DNA from: Sphyrna mokarran
Lineage: Eukaryota
Assembly (NCBI GenBank): GCA_024679065.1
Contig: JAGIQG010000020.1
Location: 20,336,001-20,400,000, forward strand
Direction: 5' to 3'
DNA length: 64,000 nt
The notes below the pieces were generated by a model. That model was given only the letters and a program-made list of their open reading frames with translations, did no database searches and was not told the DNA's origin. Positions 28,159 to 40,825 of the stretch are shown piece by piece; the first letter of the stretch is position 1; each line of letters begins with the position of its first letter. Made by a program: the position numbers and the translations under genes.

Positions 28159-28172
28159 GTTGCTAAGGCAAC
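28159..28172. promoter_or_regulatory. RFX X-box
   Basis: GTTGCTAAGGCAAC, a near-palindromic X-box in non-repetitive sequence. Confidence 0.5.
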
Positions 28173-29519
28173 CCTTTTAGCCCACAACTAGATTAGCATA
28201 TTCATGAGGCTGTAATTTAAACCAGAATTGTCCACACTTGCATAGTGGCCAGGATTTACTATGCAAATAGACTGGTTTTACAGGCTGCTGCTTAATTAAC
28301 TCGTCAAGGCCATCTTCTCACTAAAAGGCAATCTAACTACAGATTAATCTGTCTTTGTTTGCTGCCGTTCCTTCCTTTTGTGGTAAACATCAGGATTTGT
28401 AAAGAGAAGCAAGAGTCATTGCTATACACTTATTCACAGTTATTTTCAGCTAAGCCTTTCCTTACAACTAGCTACATGACCTTAATTTTTTTTCCTCCCC
28501 TTAACGTAACATTGTCATCCGGCCATGAACTTCTAGTGTAACTACATTTCCTTATTCGCTGCATGATTTTCAGCATAATTGATAAATCAGTTATCATCGT
28601 GCTTCGTATAACCCAGCAGCGGTATTTTTGCCTTCCATTGCAGATTATTGTAGCCTGTGTTTCCATGTGAAGTCGGCTGTTTGTCTTATTCAAAATGTAT
28701 TTGTTTTGTCTTGCCTTTATGTTAGCTTTGATATCACCAAAGTTTCTGCATTAAGTGCCTGTCGATATTTAGCAGGTTGTATAGTTTGTCTTGCTCTTTG
28801 CATAACCTGTTCTTGCATTTAAATGAGGCTTTTGACAAAGATTTTTTTTAGAAAAAGGAACAGGATAAAAGTATGATAAAGTAATAGGAGTTGCAGAAAT
28901 GAGCGTCCTTTGTTTAGATCAAATTCTCTGTATAATGATGATCTTTCGAGTAACTTTATCATCAAGGTGTCCGGTGACTTCTTATCTTAGAAACTCGTGT
29001 GTCCCAACTTTCATTAGGTTTCTGCTTCAGAAAGACTCCATGTCAAAGCTGAGTCAGTCAGCGCTGTGACATGGGATTCCCTCCCTGATGGAAGCCAGTC
29101 CAAGATTTGGCTTTGCAAAAAAGGTATTATTGAGCAAGATTGGAATAATTAAATATATATTTTGCATTTTTGAATAATGATTCGGACTATTAACGTTCAA
29201 TAAAGTGCGTTTTTTTAATGTAACAAGTGATACACGAGCCTCGAAGTCTTTTCTCCAACCACCCAGACCATGGGATAAAGGGAATTAAGTAGTGGGCAAT
29301 AATGTATCGAATTCGTTAATGTGCTGGAAGTAATTGCTTGATTCTGCACTTGTCAAAATATGGCCTTGCTGTGGAATTTATACTGAAGCGTTTAAGCCTC
29401 ATTAACAGGGGTATCATTCAATAAATATTCTGATGCAAACTGTGAGGGAGGAGAGGCGATGGTGGTCACTGAGTGTCTGTTCCCCTTTGGCAGATTTGGA
29501 GGAGTAGTGTTGGAGAGAT

Positions 29520-29900
29520 AGGAAAAGGTGGAGAGAAGAGATTCCCTCCGTCGTGTTCTCGGGGAGTGTTGGGGAGGAGCCGCTCTGCCACCGAACTGGC
29601 GGGCTAATGAACCGTGCGCCCGCCTAGCCCGTAAAGCCAGCCAGCCAGGAGGCCGCTTGGCTGCCGGCAGCTCGGTTTACCTGCCGGCCTCCCCCGCGAG
29701 CGCCTCTCGAGATGAGCCTCCAGCTGGCGCTAGGCGCCAAGCTCTCCCCTGCCTGCCCACCTGGCCAACATTCACCCCTAACTCAACCTGCAGCTGCTTG
29801 CCCGCTGCCATTAAAGGCGCAGCCCTCCTCAGCATAGGTAAACCTGTGTTAAGTTTCACACATCGAGCCAAACAGTAAACAATCATATTGCAATAAACGA
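29520..29900. promoter_or_regulatory. GC/CpG-rich island ~11 kb upstream of lhx5
   Basis: Sharp local rise in GC and CpG (ccgtgcgcccgcc, cccccgcgagcgcc) with no recognisable repeat and no credible ORF. Confidence 0.55.
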
Positions 29901-31194
29901 AACGTCCCCTATTCCCTTCTTTCTATTCTTTAAAATTTGAATCCCAGTGCTAACGTGAAGGCACTAAAACATATCTTGCCTGAATACTTTTTTCTACATG
30001 CAATCAAGGAAAGTGTTTTTTTCCCTGTTCATTTTGCACTCCCTATTAAATGGTTAACACATCTGGCTATAATCCTTCTAACCCACTTGATGTCATCAGA
30101 TCAGGAATTACAGGAAAGAATGAACTTTTCATTTGGGAGCTCCAAGTCTTTATTCAAGGAATCATGCAATCAATAATGCAATGCCATAATGTTCATATAT
30201 GGTTTTCGATATGCATTGAAACACAAGCAGGTTCCTTTGCATAATAAAGCAATGAGCAAAACCGAAAATGGATTTTAAAATTGCATTATAAATAAATCAA
30301 ATACAGGTGTAGGAAATCTCTCCCTGTTTGCATCAGATTTTCTGTAATTACTTTATTCGCCCAGTCTAATTAGCAGCGTTACTATTATGGAAATGAAACA
30401 TACTTGGGAAAAGAAGCTCTTCGGATTGTATATCGAACACGTTGCCAATATACCTAAATACCAAACTTCAGAAATTAAATTTGCGGCATGTAACATTTGT
30501 CTGTTTTTCACAGTTTTCTCTTTCTTTTTGTTTAATACTATGTTTTAAGTTAAACTAAAATGATTAAATGTGCCTCTCAGTTTCTGAAATAAGAAATATT
30601 TGGGGATAATAGTATAGTAATTGCGAATAAGAAATGGCACGCGTTTTACAAGGTCAGGAGATGTTTGGAATTGATGGACTCCAAGTCTCCAAGTTTTTGT
30701 CATTGTCATTAGATCATAGGAGTTCTTCAAAATCAATATTCTCTTAGGGTAAATAAAATCAACCCGATGTTGGCAAAAATTGGCGAGTTAGTCCCTTCAG
30801 AATATGTAAACAGATGCCTAGGTACCACGAAACATGCCATATTTCTTATCATCTTATCAGTTGTGCTTAAACTTAAGGAAACAAAAATCAAAAGACCAAG
30901 CCATGAATATTAGTATTATTCTGGTACTGATCTAATGATGTTCATGGTAAGCATGTGGTATCCTGTAATCCAGTGTTGCAGAGGGTCGGATTTCATTCTC
31001 TAATAACAAAGCATTGGAAACGTTGGAAGCATTGAATACTTTGCCTTGATTATATAATGCAAAAAAGGCGTAAGAGTTAATTCTGGAGGCAAAGGTTGAG
31101 GTTTCACCTACACATCTTTTATTTCACTGCAACTGTTCACAAAAGTACTTGTTTGGCGATAAAGCACTTTGAGAATTATATATAAATTTAAGAC

Positions 31195-31440
31195 GACACA
31201 AAAAACATGGTGAAAAATGCTCAGCATGTTTGTCAGCAATGGTGAGGGGTGAAACATCAGGCCCTGTTCAGCTCCTGTTTTTGTTTCTCTGGAACGACGC
31301 TACCAGACACAAAAATGCTAGAAAATCTCGGCAGGTCTGACAGTACCTGTGGAGAGAGAATTGGAGTCTAGATGACCCTTTGTCAGTGCTTCCCAGCATT
31401 TTTGTTTCAGATTTTCAGCATCCGCAGTATTTTGCTTTTG
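31195..31440. mobile_element. Penelope-like inverted repeat remnants
   Basis: aaaatgctagaaaatctcggcaggtctgacag..tgtggagagag (- strand) followed by ccagcatttttgtttcagattttcagcatccgcagta (+ strand). Confidence 0.6.
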
Positions 31441-32459
31441 TACTCCTATATAAAGGCAAGACTTTGTACCTGCATCTGCAATTTAATGAATCCCTAAATC
31501 CTGGTTCAACACCGAAACTGTTTCTGTTGTGAGTTTAATTATACCGTGCACAGCGCCGTATATTATGAAGCCAAATTTAGCTTACTGTTAAATCTGTATT
31601 ATTGAAAAAATATATTTGGAAACAAGCTCCCGAGTTAATGCACGTTTCAGGTTCTCGAATGCACATATTCGAGTGTCTCGAGCAAGAGTGAACAGTTAAA
31701 ATCGAGAATCTTAGACCACTCTCACACTGTATTGGTGCATATATGATACATTGAAGTCATCCATAGGTTTTCAAAGGATCAGATTAACAAAACATGCAGT
31801 TGTTTTGGATATGACATTGATAATTAAGTTTGGAATGTTTTGCAAGTTATTTCTATTGCCTTCACTTTGCTTTCTCCCTTCCTTTCGTCATTCACTCCTT
31901 TTCTGAATTATGATGTGGGGAGATATCTTTCCACAGCATTGTGCCAATATTGTCCAAATATTAAAAAGGCAAGGGGTGCGGGGGGGGGGGTAGCCTGGGG
32001 GTACCTATATCTGCTGGCGCCCCTGTGATGCATTTAAATGAAGCTGTGTGACTGCCACCAGAGAAGAAAGTTCATGATACGGAGTCTTGATGGTCAAATA
32101 ATTTTAGCACAAAGCAACCTGGCCACGACACTGACTCACAACGTTAACATTAGAATTGCTTTGGTGTTTTTGAACCAATCACCACGACATCTCCTTGAGT
32201 GGCATTAACTGCAACTTTACGATTTAACAAAAAGGAATTTAAAAATCCCGGCAATTTCTTGTGGTGATCCAAGAGTTAGCACTGTAATTGTGCATTTATA
32301 TTGAACTAACTGGGCGTTGGAGCCAGGGGGTTCTTTCTGAAATGGAAACTACAAAGGTGGACTATATTTACTCTTAACTCCAAGCAGTGGGTGTTACGAG
32401 AATCGTTTGCTTTTTGCGTTCGTTTGCTGTTTTTGTTTAAATATTTTACAGTCGGACAC

Positions 32460-32680
32460 ACAAAAAAGAGAATAGTGTAGATGCTAGAAATCTGAAATAT
32501 GAAGAAAAGCAGGAAATACTGAAAACCCGGGCAGGCCAGGCTGCATCTATACAGGGAGGAAGTTGGGGGTTAATATAGGAACTAAAGGTTATCAATTGGA
32601 ACCAACAGCCCCAGCATCCTCTCTTCACAGATGCCTTCCGACCAGCTGAGCATTTCCAGCAATTTCTGTTTTCCTTTCAT
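32460..32680. mobile_element. Penelope-like inverted repeat remnants
   Basis: gtagatgctagaaatctgaaat..aaatactgaaaa..gcagg (- strand) facing ctcttcacagatgcc..gctgagcatttccagcaatttctgtttt (+ strand). Confidence 0.6.
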
Positions 32681-32954
32681 AAACAAATTGTGTCATTGTG
32701 TAGGGATCTAAACTCGCTACAAAAAGACATTTAAGCTGACAATCACAAACGTGAAAAGCCTTAAAAACATGTAGTTGTCAAAACTTACTGAAAATTGAAT
32801 CTATCAATTATGAAACATTTTAATACATTGTACAATCAAATACGGCCACATCTCACATGAAATACTAAATAGGTGCAAGAACGGATAGGGGATTATAGAT
32901 AGAAACAATAGTTCTGTAGTATTTCAACTTGGAAGATGTACTAATATCAAATTA

Positions 32955-32968
32955 GTTGCTAGGGTAAC
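32955..32968. promoter_or_regulatory. RFX X-box
   Basis: GTTGCTAGGGTAAC matches the GTTGC-N3-RGYAAC X-box consensus. Confidence 0.5.
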
Positions 32969-35900
32969 TGATTTAGTATCACCATGGGTTCTGGATCACA
33001 CCGTAAGCTGCCTCAACTGTTCTACTTATTTTATAACTTTTACATACCTTAATAAACTGAATATAGTAAATGTCTGTGCAATTTTCCCATATCAGTGTTG
33101 CTGGAAGGACTGTGAAATCCGAAGTTTTATCATTGATGGGCAAACGAAATCTTTATAACTCACTTTGTCATGTTGAGTTATAAGATCTCCATTCCAGAAA
33201 TATACTCAACTGTTACCCATCCCGATGCCTCTATATACTACTTTCCGCTTATAAGAATTCGATGCCGTTTCCTGTAGCCTTTATGGCGCCTGGAATGAAG
33301 CAATTGACAAGTAATTATTGATCAGACAATAATGTACTTGTTCTCCGAACGATTGGCGAAATAGACCCTTTTTCTGATAGGTTACTTTATACGTTTCAAT
33401 GATTTCTACCTTAAGACTTAAATCATTATTATAAACCTTACCATAATAAATAGTTGGAACAAACCAGCCATGTATTGATATCGACTAACTAAATATTTGG
33501 CCTGATACAGTTTGGAATGCTCTCACTGCAGTCTCTATTTAAATTGACGTGTTTTGTTTTTAAAATAAAAGATGATACTGTTAGGGAGATTACATTGTAA
33601 ATCCCCTGTTGAGGCTTCCCAGCGACACCAGGTAGCTGCAACAATTATCTACATCCTTCGCAAAGTTCCAGTTCCTCTGCAAACGAGCTGAAGAGAGAGA
33701 TCTAAGGGCCATGAAATATGGTCTACAACTTTCAATGGAACATGCGTATTTGCTGGGAGGCAATGTTACACATTGTCCCGAGTCACAATTCTGTGCTAAA
33801 TAAAAGTAATTCGGTTCACTGTTGTAGTAATAACAATTCACCTCATGTAGACCCCCCAAGGAACAGCATCTCTACTTTTGGCTCCTGTAAGTGCATTTAC
33901 ATAACAAGTGACTTATTAAATCTTCATAAACATTCTCACGGGAGTTCCCTCCATATTCGACAGTTAACGGTTACTGTCCCTGAAAGTAAAGAAGCTATTT
34001 TAAATGATAGTGTTGTGTCAAGCTTAATAAATAATCTTCATATACCAGTTTAGGACGATGTGACCGAGAGGTCCTTTTATTTGCATGATTGATATAGGTT
34101 TACAAGGAAGCGCTTTCTCTTTAAGACTTCAATCTCGATATATTTTAGATGCAAGCGTATAGATTTTTCTATATGAATAATTATGCAAAAATCCCAGTAC
34201 CGCTGCAGTGTTCAAATCTTCATCGCGTGTCCTTTGTTCCTGCATAATAAGTTAAAAGAAATGTTCCATGCATGTTAAAACAGATGGCATTTATATATCT
34301 CATCCTTATTCAACGGAAGATAATGACCTTTTCTTCTTTGAGAAACGTTTGAATGCTATAGTTCGGTTGCCTGAAAACAAAACGGTGGATTTCCTTTCCA
34401 AAGGATTCGTTGCCTGGCATTAAGCTGATCTATAATCTTGGAGATCTTTGCCACTTACACTGCTGTTTGCCTTTTTCTCATATTTCATAACATTTTTTAC
34501 CTGAATTCGAGTGAAAGGGAGAATGAACAACGATCAGGAAACATCTCTCAGTAGCATACAGGATAAAGAGACATCTCTAAGCATTCACAATTACTACCCT
34601 TATATTTCTTTTCTGACAGGAAACTGTGTTGCAATGGACAACTGATCTCCAACTCTATTTGAGTTTATTTAATTAGCCACAGTCCCCAAAATACTGGACT
34701 ATGCGAATATAGCAAATTCATAAATTTATCATCAACGTGATAAAATTGATGCTAATCCAATCTAGAAGTATTTATATCCCAATAACATGAATCTAATTTC
34801 CAATAGTTTTATTTGTGGTTCACGGTCATTTCTTGCTTTAAATATTTAGCATTCGTCCTTTCCAGTACATTATTACAGTCCATCGTCTGGTAAGTTGTGC
34901 TATTAACCATCACTGCGCTTTCTCAATGTACCGTGGTAAATCAGTATTTTCTTTGACTTGTCTGTTTAGTCATTATAACCATGTAACGAAGGCGATTGTA
35001 AAACGCGCGAAGGCTGGGGTTGACTAGTAACGAAAGGTCATCCGGATCAAACGCAAAGTCATTTGGGTTTAGGTGACTAGGCTAAAATCAGCATTTCTTG
35101 ACAGACTATAGGAGCTCCGGACGTCCGTCCCAAACTCGTTGTAAACTTTGGGATGAAGATAGTCTAGGAAAGAAAGTCATTTATCAGAGCATATTTGCAG
35201 ATAAGGTAAGTACACCGCTTGTTGAAAGGCGGGGCATGTGCAAAAGCACCGACCGCATAAAAAAAACACCACTCTTTTTAAATACAGTTCCAGATTACAT
35301 TCTGGATGTAAATCAGAGGGGCGCTGCTTTTGAGATGTCAAAAACTTCTAATAAAACGTGAAGCGGATATCAAGTGCGCAGGACCGGTCACTGAATGTAT
35401 CCGACCAAAAGAAAGGCAATTACTTTCCCTGATTGTTGCGGTTTCGGCTACCACAACAACGCTGTTTGAAAATTCCGAGTTTGCAAAAGCCAAAATGATT
35501 TTTTAAAATCTTGTTAAGAAGCTACCGAGTTTGGTGAGTGGGTGGGGATGGGGGGGGGGGAGTGTTCAAAATGGCATCTGAACTGATACAAAAGAAGATC
35601 TTTCTCTTGTAATCCCTGGAAGCAAATTCTTCTGATACCATCTGAGTCTGTGCTGCTTGCCCGAGGCGAGCAGCTCCTCCTGCACTTGACTTCGATCGCT
35701 CTAAGCTCTGAGGCGGGTGCTAGCCAGTTTAGCGGTGCGCTTATAGCGTTTTCCCAACACCTTCCAAACAATAGTCAATGGGGCAGTAACGCTGTATCAC
35801 CTCCATTTACAGCAAATTCCAAAATAGCAGGTGAACACAAATTCATCAGTAAAGTCTACCCGTCTGAAACGCGGAACCATTTAAAGCTTTGTCTACCTGC

Positions 35901-37667
35901 ATATATATTTGCCCCAGTATATTCCTCACAAATCAAACGAAAATACAAGATAGACCAAACACTTGATCTGTTTATGACCGGATTTAATTTCAAATAATTT
36001 CCCCCACGCACGGCCCCCCACCACCACCTACCCACCCTCCCCCTCCACCTCCCCTTAGCAATGTTACTTAAAATCTGCGTATATTACCTTACGTTAGTTT
36101 CCAGTCACACCATTAGGGAATACTGAAAAATCCTTTTCAGTTCTGCTCTGTGCTGTGACTGCACACGCTCACAGTGGCTCTGTTTTTCTTTCTCATGCTT
36201 TCTTAATGAGACAAGTAATTGATCGATTTTAATATACATGACTGATTGTTTCTCCCCTTGTTTTGTGAGTGAAAAGATTTCTGGGTAAACTGACGTCCCT
36301 ACCTCAGAGTGGGACGAGCTAATTATATCTGACCACATAAAAATAAATGTTATATGTTTTAAAGGAGTCGGCGCGCTCCCAGTAGAGTTGGTCTGTTTAC
36401 TATAACATTGCTTAAGGGAATTGCATTTTTTTGAAGAGGTTTTTTTTCTCTGGCGGTAGGCTAACAAACGCACTGATCTTGCAAATGGAGCAAACCTCGT
36501 TGTTGATAGATACATTCTCAAACGATGCAACTTGCGATTATAACGCAGAGGCGGTGGTTTTCTCCCCTTGCTGAGGGATTCCGATTTCGATTGTCCTCGG
36601 CTCTTGGTTGAAGCAGTCGTGCAAAGGGTACTATATGCAATTTCTCACGCCTCGCTGGTATCAAAGCAGTGGTAATGAATGCTGAGGACTATTTAAATTT
36701 ATCATTTGAAAAGCAGTCACTTATAAAAGCCTAGGCGATTTACAAGGGCCATGCTGGGTTTGTTTAACTTTAAAATCGCACACACAGAGCAAAATAACTT
36801 CCCCTGATCGCGTTGCTTGTGCAGTTTGTTTTAAAAAGACAGATTCTTTCATAAGAATTACTCTGCACGTCGCTTTGAATAAAGCCAGTCTGCCAATGTT
36901 TTATAATACATGCCACCCTCAAATATTTCATCAGTAGATATGTGCCCACTATTCTGTAATCGACAGACTATGTGTGGGTTCATTGATTAATAATTATTTA
37001 TTTTAGTAAATAAAGCTGCTTCGAAAATTGAGCTGATTACCATTTTTCATCCATTGCAAATCTTTTTTGACCTCCTTGTTCAAAACATTTACGAGATACG
37101 GATTTCGCAAACCATAACGCTTTCAGCCGGTGTTGTTAAAAGATGTGCAGGAGAAACAACAATGGGGCATAAAGGTTTAACTAAATATAAATGAAGTTGT
37201 CCCATTAGGATGGGGAACTAAAGGCATCACAATGTATTAAAAGTATTCCTGGAGATGCGATGAGCTGTCCTTGAGTTGCAGCGCCAAATGTTTGTTCGTT
37301 ATTAATAAGAGCAGAGAAGCGACGGTTTTATTTTAATAATATGTATATCTTTACAGTGTGCTTGGCTGCAAGACGGGGATATGGAGCGTTCTGCGTGTAT
37401 TTGGGTAGCGTTTCACCGGCAGTGTTCTTTTATGGCTGAGATGGTGAGCCAGATTACTCCTCAAATAGTTAATATTTCAATACTTTATTACATGGCAGCC
37501 TTGTCCTTTTATGCAAATGAAGTACATATGCAGGGTCTTTCACAAATAGTATTGCCCGGGTCGGAAAAATTAGAAGTTGGAGTCCAGTTCATCTCAAAAA
37601 AAAACTTGACAATTATTTCACTGACAAAGACTCTAGAAAGATTCGAGTCTCTGACACACACATAAAA

Positions 37668-37735
37668 TGCACACACACACACACACACCCAGGCACATTT
37701 ATATATGTGTGTGTGTGTGCGTATGTGTGTGTGTC
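37668..37735. repeat. (CA)n and (TG)n microsatellites in inverted orientation
   Basis: gcacacacacacacacacac ... atgtgtgtgtgtgtgcgtatgtgtgtgtgt. Confidence 0.9.
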
Positions 37736-40194
37736 GCGAGCTCTGATCTTGCAGCTAAACTAACCCTTTTCAGACTTTTGTTCTTTTCCGAAACGTCACA
37801 GAAACGTGACCTCGGGTTCATTACACTGCAGATTTGAAACGACATGGGGTTCCATGTCAAAATAATCACTTCCCACTACACATGAATTAACACGAATGGA
37901 AACGGAACAGTTTGTTGGGAACATCAGCATCAAATTGTCCTGAGTTGTGTTATGTAGATGATTTGTACTTCCAATGCCTGGTTGTTTTAATCGCCTCTGT
38001 TAAATAAATACTCCTGCCTTTTTTTTAAAAAAATGAAATGAAACACAAAGAATCAGTTCATCTATTTACTGTGTATCAGCAACTAGAAGGGGGAGAACAT
38101 TTCGAAACTAGTGCGCGCATAGCATTGTGCTATAAAAATAACAATTCGAAGATTATCTATTTGCTTGGCACTGTCCTCCAAACGAAATACGCAAATTAGA
38201 AAACAACCTGTCTCTATTTACAAGCACAACACTTCTACACATGTCTCAAAGACGTAACGCAAAGTTTATTTTAATTTTGTAATGTACATATTTGGCAGGA
38301 TGTGTGACTTGCCCAGTATGGCTTAGAGTTTTCACTCGGCATTACCATTGCCTACATACAATTGCCTACGCCACGATAAATCGATGAACTGTAATCCACC
38401 ACATAAGCATAATGAGAACAACTCGTGCTATTTTGTACCCTAGCGTGAATATTTTGTTTTGAATCGTGATTAAAGAGCCTGATCCATGCTGATTTGAACA
38501 TGCACAGTGGCGTTTGTGGCACCGAGATGTGGCATCTGCGTCCTACGCCTAGTAAATGTAAATTGCATGTATTTATCGGTAATCAGGTGTAACGTGCTGT
38601 TACCAAGAGCAAGTCAGCCAACGTCTGGTAAGCAGGCCGAATATTTCTACGCACTGTATACAATAGAGAAAATTGATGTGACTATCATATAACACGGGAG
38701 CTAATGTTAGTGATATTGCGTATTACTGACCCAATGAAACATGCATATGAATCAGTTCTATGTTCAATGACTCCGTAGCGCCGGAGTTAACAAAAGGTAC
38801 AAACTGAAATATCATATTTTAATCTAAAGCTACAGTGTTAGATGGTATTTTATAATAAGTAATTTCAGAAGTTCTCCCTCGTTGTCCAAGAGTTGGTCCA
38901 GTTCCAGTTACCGAAATTCAACTCAGGAAAGTGCAACAGATCAAGTTTCAGATGTTACATCAACACCCTAAATGCCTAAGCTGTTAATTACTTAATAACC
39001 CCACTGTGCCAATTTATACGTTACCTAAGATTTCTGACTTAAAATCTGAGTTATTGCAGCATAGACTGCAAGGAACTGTGGAAAGATAGGTAAAGCATGT
39101 AACTGTAAGTATATATAACTTGTTTAGTTTGTTATCCTGTAAAGGTGATAAAGCCAAGACAGTAAATGAAATGACTAATTAAACAGCTTCATTCTGTTCC
39201 CATTAGCAGTTGCTTTGTCAGGCACTTGTCAGCCCTCCCTCTTAACTGCGAATTTAAGTCTACAAAGTTAATCCACCCTGTATACCTTTCCAATTACCCT
39301 ACAGGAGGATATTTATGGAAAGCGCTGCCCCCTTCTAAAAATGAACTATATATTTTAGTTCGTCACCGCATCTAAAAAGCGAAGATGCAGGTTAATGAGA
39401 CAATGGCGTGCGATTTCCAGAAGCGGTTCCGTTTATGTATATAATACATATAAACAACAGCAAATCTGCTGATCTTTGATTTTCGGATGTCTTTGATTTT
39501 ATTAAACGTGGTTAAAATAACACAATATACTAGAAACATAACATTCATCTGTGATTGTTGGTAAGAATACTACCAACTGAACACAATCAAGAATAATTCA
39601 CTTTGCAGGAAAGTTTTACAAGGTCCTTGCATACGAATGATTGTTTTCTAAATACATATTTAAATCAGCAATCTACGACATAATAAGTTCCACTTAATCG
39701 ATCACCTTGCAACTTATAACCATTAGTACCAATTAGATAAAGTTGTCTCTGCAGAGAAAGCGACGGGCAGATCTTTGCCCAGGCTAGCGGCTAGATCTAA
39801 CGTTGACTGTACGTCGGGATCCAAAATCTGCATCCCACTTGGCAAAGCGCGCGGGTTCTGATCTATTAGATGATGCAAAGAGACCTTTATCTCTTAATTG
39901 GCTTTTATTTGTGCACCTTAGTCTCTGATTCTGTTTCTGGCCGGGACCAGCGCTTGTTCACAAATAGTGAGTCGACCTAAATGTTAACTTACCCAAAAAA
40001 ATACCACGTCCTTTAGTCGGACAAAAGAAACATCTTCATATCAGAAAGAGGGGAATAGGAGGACATTCTTACTTAAGATATTAGGCACCGAGTAAACCTA
40101 ACACCCACAATGGTAAATGGGCTGTTTTCCTCTGTGCGGAAACAACGTTGCATTCAATTTAGATATACTATAAATTAAGCGTTTCTATGGCAGC

Positions 40195-40245
40195 GTGTCT
40201 CTGATTGGGCGGCTCATCCCGTACGTGGCGGCAAACGTCACCAAA
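40195..40245 (+). promoter_or_regulatory. Candidate lhx5 proximal promoter (inverted CCAAT box, GC box, CRE-like half sites)
   Basis: CTGATTGGGCGG at 40201-40212 (ATTGG overlapping GGGCGG), followed by TACGTGGC and AACGTCA, about 450 bp upstream of the ATG in CpG-rich sequence. The TSS cannot be determined from sequence. Confidence 0.55.
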
Positions 40246-40655
40246 TCTGAATAAGGATGCGCGAATTACAGCTTGGTACACAAAGATGATGGAGACAGCA
40301 CCGGCGCCGAAAAAAAGTCCCAAGCAGCCCAGCTAGGATGATTTTGAGTTGATTGCTGGATGTGTGAGGATAGCTTCAAGAAGCAAGATGAGCTGCTAGC
40401 AGGGCGCCTTTTGAGAGTTAAAAAAAGGAGGATTATTTTGCATTTGCCCAGCTCCTTCAAACTTCAGGGAGAGGAAACAATCGGACCCAAAGCGTGTGTG
40501 TGCAGCTTCGCCACCGAGAGGGTAAAGTAGCAGCTGCGAATCTGACAACAGGAACTTGAACGGAGCAACTGGATTTTTGAAGTACAATCTGCAGTCACTT
40601 GAAGTCACGCTTTTTTTTTCCAAAGGAAAAGATTGTGTCCCTGAAGCAAACCACG

Positions 40656-40825
40656 ATGGTGCACTGTGCTGGTTGCGAGAGGCCTATTTTAGATAGATTC
40701 CTTCTCAACGTTCTGGACAGAGCCTGGCACATCAAGTGCGTCCAATGTTGTGAATGCAAGTGCAACTTGACTGAAAAATGCTTTTCCAGAGAAGGGAAGC
40801 TTTACTGTAAAAACGATTTCTTCAG
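40656..40825 (+). CDS. lhx5: Lhx5 coding exon 1 (LIM domain 1)
   Basis: ATG at 40656 in ACCACGATGG (good Kozak context). Encodes [56 protein letters not shown](R). Donor AG|GTGAGT at 40825/40826. Confidence 0.97.

Noticed and set aside
642-39000. Numerous 60-140 aa ORFs upstream of lhx5
   Set aside because: No recognisable domains or coherent splice structure. They are consistent with chance ORFs or repeat fragments.
40169-40174. TATAAA as a TATA box
   Set aside because: It lies upstream of the CCAAT/GC elements in AT-rich sequence, which is the wrong order for a canonical promoter.
40599-40655. N-terminal extension [19 protein letters not shown] in the ORF track
   Set aside because: It begins at TTG. 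The conserved protein starts at ATG 40656, which has a good Kozak context.
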